Source: an uncultured Candidatus Peribacteria bacterium
GTDB taxonomy: Bacteria; Patescibacteriota; Gracilibacteria; Absconditabacterales; Absconditicoccaceae
Length of the DNA: 64,000 nt
NCBI GenBank assembly: GCA_964563595.1
Contig: CAZLWR010000001.1
Location: forward strand, 9,857 to 73,856
Direction of reading: 5' to 3'
Shown: positions 34,745 through 47,500 of the stretch, in pieces
Position numbering within the stretch: position 1 is the stretch's first letter
Layout: each line of letters starts with the position of its first letter
Translations under genes and position numbers: made by a program
The notes under the pieces: generated by a model
Told to the model about the DNA's origin: nothing
Seen by the model: only the letters and a program-made list of their open reading frames with translations
The model's database searches: none

Positions 34745-35644
34745 ATGACTGCAAATTCACAAAAGAATGCAAACTTTTGGGACACAAACTCGCACTTGAT
34801 TACTAGTGTAGCAAGCGTCCTTACTTTGCTTCTCGTTGTCTTCAATACATTCGGCGGTGCTGGTGTTAAGAGAGCAATTGAAGAAGTAGAGGCTATGAAA
34901 GTTGGTGGCCAAGAGAACTATGAAATTGTTAAGAAGATTTACGCAAGTGACGCTTTCAAGGCATCTCAGAAGAGTTCTTTGGAGTCTGCTCAACAACAAA
35001 TGGCTTGAGCTGCTGCTGAAACTACGCCTACTGATACAACGGCTACTACGCCTGATGCAGAAGCAACTGCTGACGCAAAAAAAACTATTACTAAAGAACA
35101 ATTAGAAGCTATCAAGAAAACTGGTCAATGGGATGGTGCTAAAAATGGTAAAGTTATTTTACTTGAGTATAGCGACTTACAATGTCCATTCTGTAAGAGA
35201 CATCATGACAACGGTACTATCAAATCATTATTAGCAAAATATGATGGTAAGATTAGTCACTCTTTCAGACATTTCCCATTATCATTCCACCAATTTGCTG
35301 CACCAGGTGCTAACGCTGTTTTGTGTGCTGCTGATCAAGGAGGAACTGATGTTTACTACAAGTTTATTGAAGGTGTATTCGCTAAATCACTTAGCTCTGA
35401 ACAAATATTGTTTGATGTAGCTAAGGAATTGAAGCTTGATGAAGCTAAATTCAAAGACTGTATGGATAAAAAACCATTTGCTGCTACTGTTACTGCCGAA
35501 ATGAACGAGGGTCAAAGCTTGTTTGGTGTAACTGGTACTCCAGGAAATGTAATGATCAACACAGAAACTCTTGAATGGGTTGCTGTAGCTGGTGCATATC
35601 CTGCTAGTGAGTTTGAAAAAACTTTGGATCTATGGACTAAGTAA
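34745..35644 (+). CDS. DsbA-family thiol:disulfide oxidoreductase (membrane-anchored, exported)
   Basis: It has an N-terminal TM, a Thr/Ala-rich linker, then LLEYSDLQCPFCKRHH (CxxC) and ..GTPGNVMIN. Confidence 0.8.
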
Positions 35645-35671
35645 ACAAACAAATAATTGTTTAAGAAATGG

Positions 35672-35702
35672 CCTGCTTGCATTCTTGTAAAGCGGGTTTT
35701 TT
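35672..35702 (+). terminator. rho-independent terminator
   Basis: CCTGCTT..AAGCGGG stem (one G-U pair) followed by TTTTTT. Confidence 0.6.
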
Positions 35703-35788
35703 CTAGATTGATTTGAATATAAGGATTATTAAATTAAGATTCTAGCCACTACTATTACATTACCCATTTTTCATTATTAATTATTCTC

Positions 35789-36322
35789 ATGAGTAGAGAG
35801 CAAATTGGACAATTTCTGAATGATATCACGCTTATGACCGATACAGAGCAACAAGATGGTGATGTGGTGAGACTTATGACCATACATGCTAGTAAATGAC
35901 TAGAGTTTGAATACGTTTTTGTGGTTGGTTGTGAAGAAGGTAATTTTCCTGGTAATAATTCTGTTCTTGATCTTGATGAATTGGAGGAAGAAAGAAGGCT
36001 AATGTATGTGGCCATAACCAGAGCAAAAGATCATCTTTTCTTGAGTCATGTAGACTCTCGTATGATATGGTGAAAGACTGTTTCAAGCAAAGTTTCAAGA
36101 TTTATAGAGGAATTGCCTACTGATTTACTGAAATCTTATGATCTAGGATCTACGGGTTCCAAAAAAAGAAGTGTGGACCTTGATGCGGGTGATAGAGTAA
36201 GAAATAAGTTGTTTTGACCTGGTACGGTGAGAGAGATCTGGTGAGATGTGGCCATTGTTATCTTTGATAAACCAAGTGTAGGTCTTAGAAAACTGGATAA
36301 AAGAATGGTAGTAAAGATGTAA
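35789..36322 (+). CDS. UvrD/PcrA-type helicase C-terminal fragment only (177 aa)
   Basis: [28 protein letters not shown] and [21 protein letters not shown] are helicase motifs V/VI. An in-frame TAA at 35735..35737 precludes any upstream helicase core. Confidence 0.7.
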
Positions 36323-36354
36323 TAATCTGATTATATTTTATACAAACAAATTAT

Positions 36355-37338
36355 ATGAAAACTATACTAACTGGCTTACAAGCTACATCGGATCAAATTC
36401 ATATTGGTAATTATTTTGGGGCGGTAAAGCCCCTTATGCAAGATATCAATAACCCTGAATTTCATTTTTCAATTATGGTAGCCGATCTCCATAGCATTAC
36501 TAAAGTACTTAATATCAAAGATAATTATCCATATAATTCTTGGACATACAATGCTATCAAAATTTACATTGCTTCCGGGGTTGATATTGAGAAAACTGTT
36601 TTATTTAAACAATCTGACGTACCAGCACATTGTCAGCTTGAGTGGATATTGGCATGTATCACACATCTAGGTTTTATGCAACGTATGCATGCCTATAAAG
36701 ATGCTGAGAATAAATGAGAACTCAACCTTATGAGTATGGGAAGCGTTTGTTATCCAATTTTAATGGCAACAGATATATTACTATACGATGCAGATATTGT
36801 ACCGGTGTGAAAAGATCAGCAGCAGCATGTAGAGTACTGTGTCGATATCGCACAAAAGTTTAATCATCGCTATGGTCCGGTATTTAAGGTGCCTAAACGA
36901 CAAATTTCAGAAGAAGTAGGTGAAGTGCCTGGTCTTGATGGTCGTAAGATGTCCAAGTCTTACAATAATTATCTAGGTATGCTGGATAGTCCAGAAGTTT
37001 TAAGAAAAAAAGTAAATAAAATCATGACTAGCGATTTGTTGCCTGATGATGCAAAAGATCCTGATACCTGCAATGTTTACCAGATTATTAAACTGTTTCT
37101 CAATGAAGATGAACAAAATAACCTGAGACAAAAGTACCAAGCCGGAGGGATGAGCTATAAGTACGTTAAAGATTACCTTTATGAAAAACTTATTCTCTTT
37201 TTGGAGCCAATCCAAACAAAATTTGCTTGAATAAGTGATGAATATGTACAGAATCTTTTAGCAAAGAATGCAATTATCGCTAATGAAGTGGCGAATAAGA
37301 AAATTGATCAAGTCTACAAAGCAATAGGCTTCAGATAA
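36355..37338 (+). CDS. trpS: tryptophanyl-tRNA synthetase
   Basis: Motifs seen: TGLQATSDQIHIGNYFGA (HIGN), G-KDQQQH, and GRKMSKS (KMSKS). Confidence 0.9.
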
Positions 37339-37362
37339 TATTTATGTTTTATTACGATTATT

Positions 37363-37671
37363 ATGACTTTAAATCCAATAAAGAAGATTACGTACTATAC
37401 TCCGAGAGAGCATAATGATCCCATAGGTACTTCTTGAATCTTGCAGAAGTTAGGGAAAGAATTGTGACTACTCTTTGGAAAAGAAGATAGGATTGATGTG
37501 GTAAATTGCACCGATGCTAAACTTGTTGTAGAGTTCAAAGGTTGAAGAAAATTTAGTTATAATCTGAGAGAAGAGTATAACTTAAAACATGAATTGATTG
37601 ATCATGTCTTATTGTGAACTGATGACCCAAATCTACAGGCTGAATTGGCTTTGTGAAAGTATGGCCTATAA
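37363..37671 (+). CDS. small hypothetical protein (102 aa)
   Basis: ATG to TAA with 5 in-frame TGA, followed directly by a terminator. Confidence 0.45.
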
Positions 37672-37685
37672 AACTTGTTTATAGT

Positions 37686-37711
37686 AAAAGCCTCGTTTAT
37701 CGAGGCTTTTT
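37686..37711. terminator. bidirectional rho-independent terminator
   Basis: AAAA-GCCTCG-TTTAT-CGAGGC-TTTTT lies between convergent stops at 37671 (+) and 37729 (-). Confidence 0.8.
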
Positions 37712-37728
37712 AATATATTTTTTCTGTT

Positions 37729-40700
37729 CTACTTCTTGATACTAAAGTTAATAATGCCTTCTTCTACGTCGCATTCTCCAGTATAATCTGGATTCTCAAT
37801 TGATCATGCGATGGTACCAAGTGTTTCTCTGGCGATGTAATCTCCATATTGAGATAAAATACTTTCAGCTTCAAAGCCAGATATAGTTAAACTAATTCTG
37901 TCGGAAACATCATAGCCAGTATTTTTTCTGGCTTCTTGGATGGATCTGATAAGTTCTCTTACGTATCCTTCCAGTTTTAACTCTGGTGTTATAGTTGTAT
38001 CTAGCATAAGAACTAGATTTCAAGAAGTTATAATATCTCCCGTAAGATCTCCTTTTTCGTATCTCATTTCGTATTCATCTGGCTGGAGTATAATGTCTGA
38101 CACTTTGACTGTATTGTCTGACAAAAGTTCAAACTCCCCGGATTTTGCAAGAGTATTTATTTCTGCAAATCTTGAGCCGAGCTTCTTACCTAACAACTTT
38201 GCATTTGGTATACAGATTCTATTTATTTGATTATCTAGTTTTGCATCTACGATGAGCTCTTTAACGTTTAACTCTTCCAAAATAGTAGTTTCGTATTTTG
38301 GATTGATTTGCTTATTAATTCTGAGTGATTGAAGGGGTTGCTTTACTTTGATTTTAAGCGAACCTCTCAGTGAAAGACCAAGCTCCACAATTGTTTTAGT
38401 TAAATCCATATCTTGTAGTAATGTAGTATCAACCAATGTGTTAATCTTACTCGAGTCAGTTCGATAATCCAAATGTACCGACTCTTTGTTTGTAAGATTT
38501 CTATAGATATACTCTGACAAGAAAGGCATAAAAGGTGCCAGTACTTTGCATAATTCTATAAGAACTACATATAATACATCATAACCAGACATCTTATCAC
38601 TATCATTTTCAGATTTCCAAAATCTGCGTCTATTGCGGCGTATATACCAATTAGTGAGATCATCCATAAAACTAAATAATGGGGCGGTTGCTTTTTGAAT
38701 ATTATAGGCTTCCATTTGTTTATTTACTTCCGTGATGAGTTCTGCTGTTTTTCAGATTATTCGTTTATCAAGATCGTTTTTAAATTCATAACCTACGAAA
38801 TCACTAATACTGTGCTTAGTTGGAGCGAACTTGTCTATATTTGCATAGGTAGTGAAAAATGAGAAGCTATTCCACAAAGGAAGATTCACTTTTCTGATTA
38901 TTTCTTTTCGTCCTTCTTCATAAAAATTCATATCACCTCAAACGAGTATAGGACTAGATGCAAAGTACATCCTGAGGGAGTCAGAACCATGTGTCTTCAT
39001 ACTTTCTTCCGGATCTGGATAGTTACCATAGGATTTGGACATTTTACGACCATCATTTCCTGCGAGCACACCCGTACAAACAACATTGGTAAAAGCAGGG
39101 TTATCAAAGAGCATGACTCACAATGCATGCATAAAGAAAAATCGACATCTCACTTGACCTAGATACTCTGCAACATAATCTGCAGGAAAGGATTGTTCAA
39201 ACTTTTCTTTATTTTCAAATGGATAATGTACTTGAGCATAAGGCATAGATCCGGATTCGAGCCATGGATCCAATACTTGCGTTATTCTCGTAAACTTTTC
39301 ACCTTCACGTATTCACCAAATTGCATCAATATAAGGACGATGAAGATCAAATTCTTTATTCTCTAAAGTATTTCGGTATTTCTCTTTTCAATTTAAAACT
39401 CTCTTTTCGAGTATTTTACTTCCTGTTTGATCCAATGCAAATATATCCTCTCTGCTGCCGCATACTATTATTTTCCCGCTTTCTGCTACCCAAACTGGCA
39501 TTGGAGTTGCCCAATATCTAGTACGACTAATACATCGGTCAGGAGCAGATTCCATGGATTTTAAAAATCTACCATGCTTGAGATGCTCTGGTACTCGATT
39601 TACTTTTTCATTTTCAGCGAACAATCTTTCTTTGATTGATTTGATGTCAATAAACCAGTTGTCTTGCGTTTTGTAGATTAATGGTACTCCTGTTCTTGGG
39701 CACATAGCAACCGAGTGAGTAATAGACTCTTTCTTGAAAAGTAATCACTTCTCTTTGAGTTTGTCCATCACAAGATCATTCGCATCGCGGTAGTATACTC
39801 CTTTCATATCTGCTATTTCCTCGGTATAGTTCCCTTGTTCGTCCAGGGCAGCAGATTGAGTTAAGTCATGTCTTTTTCCTGTTTGAAAGTCATCTTCTCC
39901 AAATTCAGGGGAGGTATGTACGATACCTGTTCCATCGCTGTCAGTCACATAATCAGCAAGGTATACTTTGTGATCATTAGTGCTTTGTCAGACATAGTAA
40001 TCAAATGGTGCTTGATAACTTAATCACTGAAGTTCGGCCCCTTTAGATGTATATATAATCACATATTGAGAAGGATCTTTATAAAACTTAGAAATAAGGT
40101 TTTCTGCTAGTATGAAATACTCCTGTAAGACTAGATCAAATAGCTGTAGGTATACTATATCTTTGTTCACTACGAGTGCCATATTTGCTGGTATAGTTCG
40201 TGGTGTCGTAGTTCGTGCTAAGAAGGAAAATGGGTACTTATCTCAATTACCTTGCAACGCTCAATGTTCTACTATTTGTTTGTAGTGGTAAAGATCTTTG
40301 AAGGTTCTTATCTCTTCTTCACTATCTATGATAGCATTATTTATGGTGAAATTTCGTCATAATTCGTTTTCACTTGTTCATATATATGTATACCCATATG
40401 CAGTATGCTTATCTGACTCTAATAACTGAATCTCTCAATGTATTATCTCCGCTTCATAAAACTCTAGATATGCTTTGTGTGAATTTCTAATATCTTTGTG
40501 GGCACACACTCTTTTTCAAACCTTTACGCTCACTCATAATTCTTCCTGTAACTCTCTTTCTAGGGCTTGAGTCGCAGTTTCTCATAAATCTACTTTACCG
40601 CCGGGAAACTGCCAATTTCCATGTTTTTGATTATAGACCGATAGTATTCCACCTTTACTATCTTTGATTATAGCCTGTGCATAGCATATAAATCCGTCTT

Positions 40701-41394
40701 GCGTGGCTTCATATTGATTTCAATCTGCTAAGGCAATGTCTTTTCAGATTAGTGGAAATTTCACAGTGATAGCCGGATCAGCAATATCTGCATAACTATT
40801 ATCCAATGCTACTTCATAGTTACTAATTGGCGTATTGAGTTTGGTAGAGTATAATGATACTCTCTTGCCTTCATAAATCATACCCTTATCTCGTAGAGAC
40901 TTGAATACTCGCATAACAGATTCCATGTAATCATTGTCCATGGTTTTGTAGGCGTTTTTGAAGTCCACCCATCTTCCGATATGATCTACATATCGCTCCC
41001 ATTGGTCACTGACATTTTTGGTGTAATCATAACATGCTTCAATAAACTCTTTAATACCATGTGCTTCAATTTCTTTGTTAGACTTATAGCCGAGTTTATC
41101 CTGTATTTTTTGTTCTACATAAATTCCATGGCAATCCCATCCTCGTACTCTTTCTATTCTTTTCCCTTTTTGCGTCCAGAATCTTGTTACGATATCCTTT
41201 ACTACGCTGCTCAATAGGCTTCCATAATGTGGTAAACCAGTAATGAATGGTGGTCCATCGTAAAATCTATAGGCATTCTCTTCGGATCTTGTTTCAATAG
41301 ACTTTTCGAAAATTTGATTATCTTTCCAATATTGTAAGATTTCTTCTTCTAACTGGAAGAAATTTGGAGAACTAGGAAGTTTTGGGAAAGACAT
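37729..41394 (-). CDS. ileS: isoleucyl-tRNA synthetase (type 2 / eukaryote-like) carrying an internal Nudix-domain insertion
   Basis: 1,221 aa in one frame. Motifs seen: [37 protein letters not shown] (Trp=CGA at 40213..40215 and 40198..40200), [17 protein letters not shown] (CGA 39535..39537), and GRKMSKS. Confidence 0.92.
40260..40735 (-). other. Nudix hydrolase domain inserted in IleRS between the ..ITVKFPLI.. strand and WTTTPWT
   Basis: The canonical Nudix box GX5EX7REUXEEXGU is read in frame: G-KVDL(G)[15 protein letters not shown](G)V at complement(40531..40599). It is preceded by [31 protein letters not shown]. Confidence 0.8.
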
Positions 41395-41579
41395 CGCGAA
41401 TGGACCTAACAGAGTAAAATGTAAAATTTATATAATAATATTGAAATGTATTACAACGCTTTGTAAAGTAAAATTCACTTAACTACTGCTTTCTAGTTGA
41501 TAAAACTGCACAAAAGGGTAAAAGAAAACGAATAAAAACTTGCTTTTGGATTTCATTAATTCCTACTTGTTATACTCTG

Positions 41580-44500
41580 ATGTTTCAACGAAGTAAAAAA
41601 AAGATTATACTCTTTATAGTACTTATTGTTTTCAGTGTTGATACAGTACTATCTGGTACTATTTTTTGATGGAATAAAGCACGAGCAGCAGAAACAAACT
41701 TTACTGATATTATCAGCGTTTTCATTGATAAAAATATTGCTGCCAGTGCAGGAAGTGACCTTGATTGGTTTACGAAACAGTATTTGTGAAGAAATTACGA
41801 CAATGCTCAGGTAATGGTATTTCAAATTGACCCATCGGGAGTCTCTCCAGCGGATATGGCTAAGATCAATCAAAATCTCTATTTGGAATGAAAAAAATGA
41901 GTTCCTAGTAGGTTGATCGGGACCGTTCTTATTGGTGATTTGAAATTACCGGTGGTCAATAAAGACTGATTTGTTTTTTCAACTATCTATCCGTTAGTAG
42001 ACTTTGAAAAACCTAAATATTATTACGATAAGAATTCAGATTATTTTCTTTATCAGTCCGAAGGCAATAGCCAACCTGAAATACGGCATAGTGTGATTAA
42101 CTTTGCGAATGATACGAGTAAGTACAAAATATATCTAGATAAACTGAAACAGTACGCTGCGGATCCGCAGTCGTGGGTGAAACAAGGTGTATGGTATGAT
42201 GATATCATCCATCAAAAACAAACTCTCAACGCTGATAATATTTCTAAATACGTTAACAATGCTGTGTTTAGCGAAGACGTAATGTACAATAGATATACCA
42301 ACTTGATGGTTGATATCTTCCAGGCCTTGCACAATAGTGGAGTAGTAGATACTTTGGGTGACTATGATGATCAGGTTATTAATAATTTGGAAGATCCTTA
42401 TTACAATGATCCAGAATTTCAGGAAGTGAAAGATCAATATAAAGGTCAGATAGAAAAGTTTTGGAATTTGATAAAATCACTAAAATCATTGGTAGGTTCG
42501 AATAATACCGACTCTTCAGATCCAGAGCCTTCAAATTCTGCCTTGGGCACATTGCCCAATAGTAAGTTTATCAATACCTTATTTATTCAAAAGGTGGTTG
42601 ACGGATTTATGAAAGATTATGTAGAGTTGTATGGGACCCTCTATTTTGATACCAAAGAGAAAAGGTTGCAGCTTGGTGGAAGATATGTTGCTGGACAAAC
42701 AGGTACTGCAGTAGATGATCATATTACGATGACTAGTAGATGGGATGAAGTCAGTAAGCAATTGTTAGCTGATGCGAATACGAAGCTGGAAAAAGCACTT
42801 GATGATAAAATTGAGCAGGAGGGATATAGTATGAATGTCTTGGTTCCGACTAGAGTGGATATCAACGGTTGTAACAATGTAGAAACAAAAGACTATGATG
42901 CGAAGAAATCGTATGAGGTGTACTATTTTGGTAGGCCGGCTGAGGAAATTGATAACGCTGAGGATTTTGGTATTTACCGTGGTACCTTCAATAATATTAG
43001 ATCACTTGTAAAGCTTGATGGTTTCGACTATACCAGTTGGATGGATGCCCAAGAGAATCAATCAATTGGTGCAACCAGGGGAGAGAATGCAAGGGAAGTG
43101 GAAGCACATAGAGGCTATGATTTCTCATTGATAGAATACGATCAACAGGAATTTGAAAGGGTAAAGAGTATTATGCCTTTTAGTAAACATAAGAAAAAAA
43201 GAAAAAACATTGATAAGTTTATCAACTATTACCGAGCAGGATATACGCCACTCAATATTGACCCTAACAGTGAAGATGTGAGACTGAACCAAACAAGAAT
43301 GGACTATACACAGTTGTGGAATCCTTGGAAGAATAGAACATTGGGCGGACCTGTATTTGATATAGCTTGAAGTAGAATCACTACTCCTGATAGGAAAATT
43401 AATTTCAGTTATGGATCGGATGATGATGAAGACGAAGATGATGGAGATGAGGATACGCCGGATATTGTTACTAAGTCTTATTCAGGTTATTCTGATAGTT
43501 ATTTAGGAGCAGACTTTTTTGGAACTACCTTGCAGGTTGCCAGAAATAATGGTAAGTGGATAAAAGTTCAGAAAAGAAAAGTAAGAAAAAATGGTAAGCC
43601 TAAGAAAAATCGAGAGGATGTTAGACTATTTGCTTTGGGTGGATTATCTAGCAATGATGGTTTATTCCTCAAAAATCCTAATGATGACGGCTATATTACG
43701 ATAAATAGTTGTGCGAGCAATAACCGAAATCGTTATTTTAATTCAGTTGATAGTAGATATTTCCATAAATCACCGACTTTAGATGAGCTCTACGGTAAGT
43801 TCACCAATCTCAATAAGGTTAAAATGGATATCAGCTTCGGCTGTGACTCTCCTGATAATGGCAATTATGCTGAGGGTCAGCAGTGCCAAGGAATAGAGTT
43901 TAGACGAAGTGATTTCTTACCGGGCTTTAATGATAATTCCGCCTCTCCCTGGTATTTATCTAAGGATGATTATTTTATAACCTGAGGCAAGATTTATTTC
44001 AATAGCACTGCGAAGTTTTACTTTGCTGGTCAAGATATTGATTTGAGTAACGTAATAGGTGAACTTACTGGTGGAAAAATAAAATTTCAATATGATGGTA
44101 GAAATATAGCACTAACGTATGCGAATGCTACTTTTGATTGCGAAGAGCTGGAGACCGACGTAGAAGAAGGTCTTGCTTGTGTGGGTTTGAGTTTCGAGAT
44201 AGATCATAGGAAGCACTTTATAGATTATAAATACTTTGACTATGATACTACTGGTCAGGTTATTTCATTTTATCCCTGAGCAAAAATTACTGTCATGAGC
44301 AAGGATTATCCCTTGTGAGGCATGGTGGTCCAAGTCAATGGTGATAAGTGAGAGTTCTCTGGCAAACAACTTCAAATAGGTGGTATGAATGAATTCACCC
44401 TCGAGAGACCGGTTGATTCTCCTAGGTATGTCAATTTCCAGGGAATAGGAGGGGATAAGTTGACTTGGGTCTATCCGAATATGTGGAAAGTGGCGGTCTA

Positions 44501-47500
44501 TAAAGAAGTAGATGGTAAAAGAGTACTTAAAACCATAGAGGAGATACAGGATGCTTTAAAACAATATCTGCGTGATAAAGTAAAAGATTACAATAATCAG
44601 CTTCAAGACCAAAGAAATAAGAGATTTGATTACTATAATGGTAACGAGTGAGGAGCTGCAAGAAGAAACCGAATTGATAAATTTGATAATTATGATACGA
44701 GTATTTCGCCTTTAGTGCATGAAGATAATACACAGCTTAATCTGAGATCTTACAAGTTGTTACCTGAAAATTTCTTGATTGATGGCTTGGCGACGACACG
44801 AGAAGGAGAAGCAATCAGCAGCAACGATATGCTTAAGGTTATTGCTCAGCAGCTCTATCATCAAAATGTGATGCGGTTGCAACTGCCAATTGACACCAGT
44901 AAAAAAGTCTTGGATGAAGTGAGTTTGATCCAATCGTTTGCCGATATTAATCATAAATCCAGGGAACTTTATTCCGAATACTTAACTGAGCAACCAAAAG
45001 ATGCTTTTGAGAATGTTCGTGCATATGATTTAGATTTACCTTATTATAATCTTAGTGGTTACGAAGCTGGATATATCAATAGTGATGGAGCGGACTATGT
45101 GCAGTTTCAAACAGTACCGCCACTAGTGAAGCTTATCCAAAAACAAAAAGCAAAAGATACTCCTCCAAAACCAAAGACGGCTGAAGATCTAGACACCAGC
45201 AGATGTGCGAATCTTATACCTGCAAGTTATGTGGTGTCCCTATCAAAACGACCTGCGGCATTTAAGTGCTGGCTTTCTGATATCACTTCTTCAAAACTTT
45301 TTGATGTAAAGATTTCTTTTGCTGGCTCTGCAAATGGTGTCTTTTGATTGGGTAGTGATGAAAACAGTTCTGGACGACTGGAAGATGCTTGGCAGCAAGG
45401 TACTGATCAGTTTAAAACCGAGCGGAAAAACTATTCTCAAGGACGAAGGGCTACGGTGAAATGAGAAGATACGGGTATCGCTCCTGATGAAAGAAGAGAA
45501 TTGGCGAAACAATTAGATAATCTGATCATCAAACCTACTAGTTTTTCTCCTGCTTTGACTGCGTGAGTGAGACTAGCGATTTCCACCAAAGAGGATTTGT
45601 GATCTTATACTATTCAGATTTCTAGTACGGGTGCCAACTGTTTGAAATATGTAAATGGGTCTAACTTGTGCCAATCACCGCAATCTTTACAAATAGCATG
45701 ACTGTATTCCAGCAATTATGATTTTACTTTCACAAAGTTGTTTGAAGGGGTTGGCGATATGAATATCCAAGTTAAAATTTGTAAATCTAAATGTGTTTAT
45801 AAAAACATAGTAATTGCTGTCCAGCCATCTGAAATTAGTAAATTAAAGTTTGTACACCCTATGGGTGATCAGATCTATCCGGTGGCGAGAGGTGTGCAAC
45901 TGCCTATGATGACCAATGCTTTTGATGCATATGGTAATAGCATTGGAACTACCTTATATGATTTTATTGTAAAGACTTCTCATAAAGGGTGACTCATCTA
46001 TGATAATGAACTTACTCAACAATTTCAAATCAGTTCATTCACCGATGCAGGGTTTCTACTAGATACGATTTCTGTGAATGGAAATAAAGAGACAATAACT
46101 ATTGCTCCAAATCCTTCTTTTGTCGCTCTCAATCCTTCATTACCAAAACAAGAACTTACGTTAGATATCGTGGATCCGAATGTGAGTATCATTACTAGTT
46201 CTACCGTAGTTCAGTTACCAGAAAGTAGTAGCGATTTAGAAAAGACAAGTGATGGCGTCTCTTACACAGATATTTCTAAACTGACTAAGATAAGAGTGGT
46301 AGTTAATAATGGTCAAAAGTTATATGCTGTTGTCTCAGCAAAGTCTCTATGAGGTAAGTTTATTGCTGGTATCAAAGGTACAAAAAAAATAGCTAAACCG
46401 AACAATCAATATGCTACTGTGGAGACATTCATTCCCGTAGAGGAGGTGCTTTCTACTGGAGGTTTTGTAGAGTTTTATCTATATCCCACTATGAAAGCAG
46501 GAGAAGATAGCCTCCAGATTCAAGTTGGTCAATCAAGTAAAAATATTACCCTTGAGGTAAAACCGGCAAGTCCCAAAAAGACCAGCATCAATATTGATAC
46601 GGATGTAATGGATTTGCAATGAAAGGTTGATGGTACTATAGCAGTCACTGATATCTGGTGAAATATATTACCAACTTCTGTGAATGTATTATTATGAGCA
46701 TATGGCAATATTACTGTTGACGGAGTAAATGGTTCTGGCAGTGTTATTGCTATTGCTTGAGAAAAGCAAATTACTGTTCGCCCGGTATATCCCTGAGGAC
46801 AGGGTTACTTATTTGTTACTATACAATGAGTCCCATTTGATCAACAATTTCCTGATTATCGTAGTATACTTGTGCAAAATAGAGCACGACCTATAGAAGA
46901 TATAAATGTAGCTTACCTCAATCTTTACGGCTCAGATCGAGCGAACCAAGTTGATAAGCAAACAAATAAGATAATCTGACCAGCAGTTCTTACGGACAGT
47001 AATAAAACTTTATCGCTTACTACTCAGTATGGAGATCCATCTCAAATCTACAAAACATTGTTCGCAGTAGATAAGAAATGACAGATCAAACAATGATGAA
47101 CAGAGAGTATTGAACTCGCTTTGTCTAATGAACAACTTGGATATCATACTGAACAGTATGGGTTCTTACCTATCGGTCAAGCCAGTAGTTTTGGTATGCA
47201 AGTAGTTTCAAGTTTGGATGGAGGGCTTGCCGGAAATGCTTGGGCTGTTAAGGTTTGAGAAATCAGTTCTACCATACAATCAATTGTGGTTGTAGGCAAG
47301 CAGTTGCGTGTCAATGATCAGATTATTATAGATTTGCAAAATGCTGTATGGGATACCAAGGTAAGTATAAAGTATGCAGGAAATATAGGAAACTATACCA
47401 AGCGAAATATATATTATGGTAATGACATTGTTGCTCAGTTTATTCAAACATATGCTTTGGATACTACCTATACTGATATGCGAAGATCTCTTGTGGATCC

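Noticed and set aside
41395-41579. T-box or other leader riboswitches were considered upstream of ileS, trpS (36323..36354) and glyQS (58090..58188).
   Set aside because: The spacers are short (32-185 nt). I could not find a specifier-loop/T-box (AGGGTGGNACCGCG-like) sequence or a terminator/antiterminator pair.
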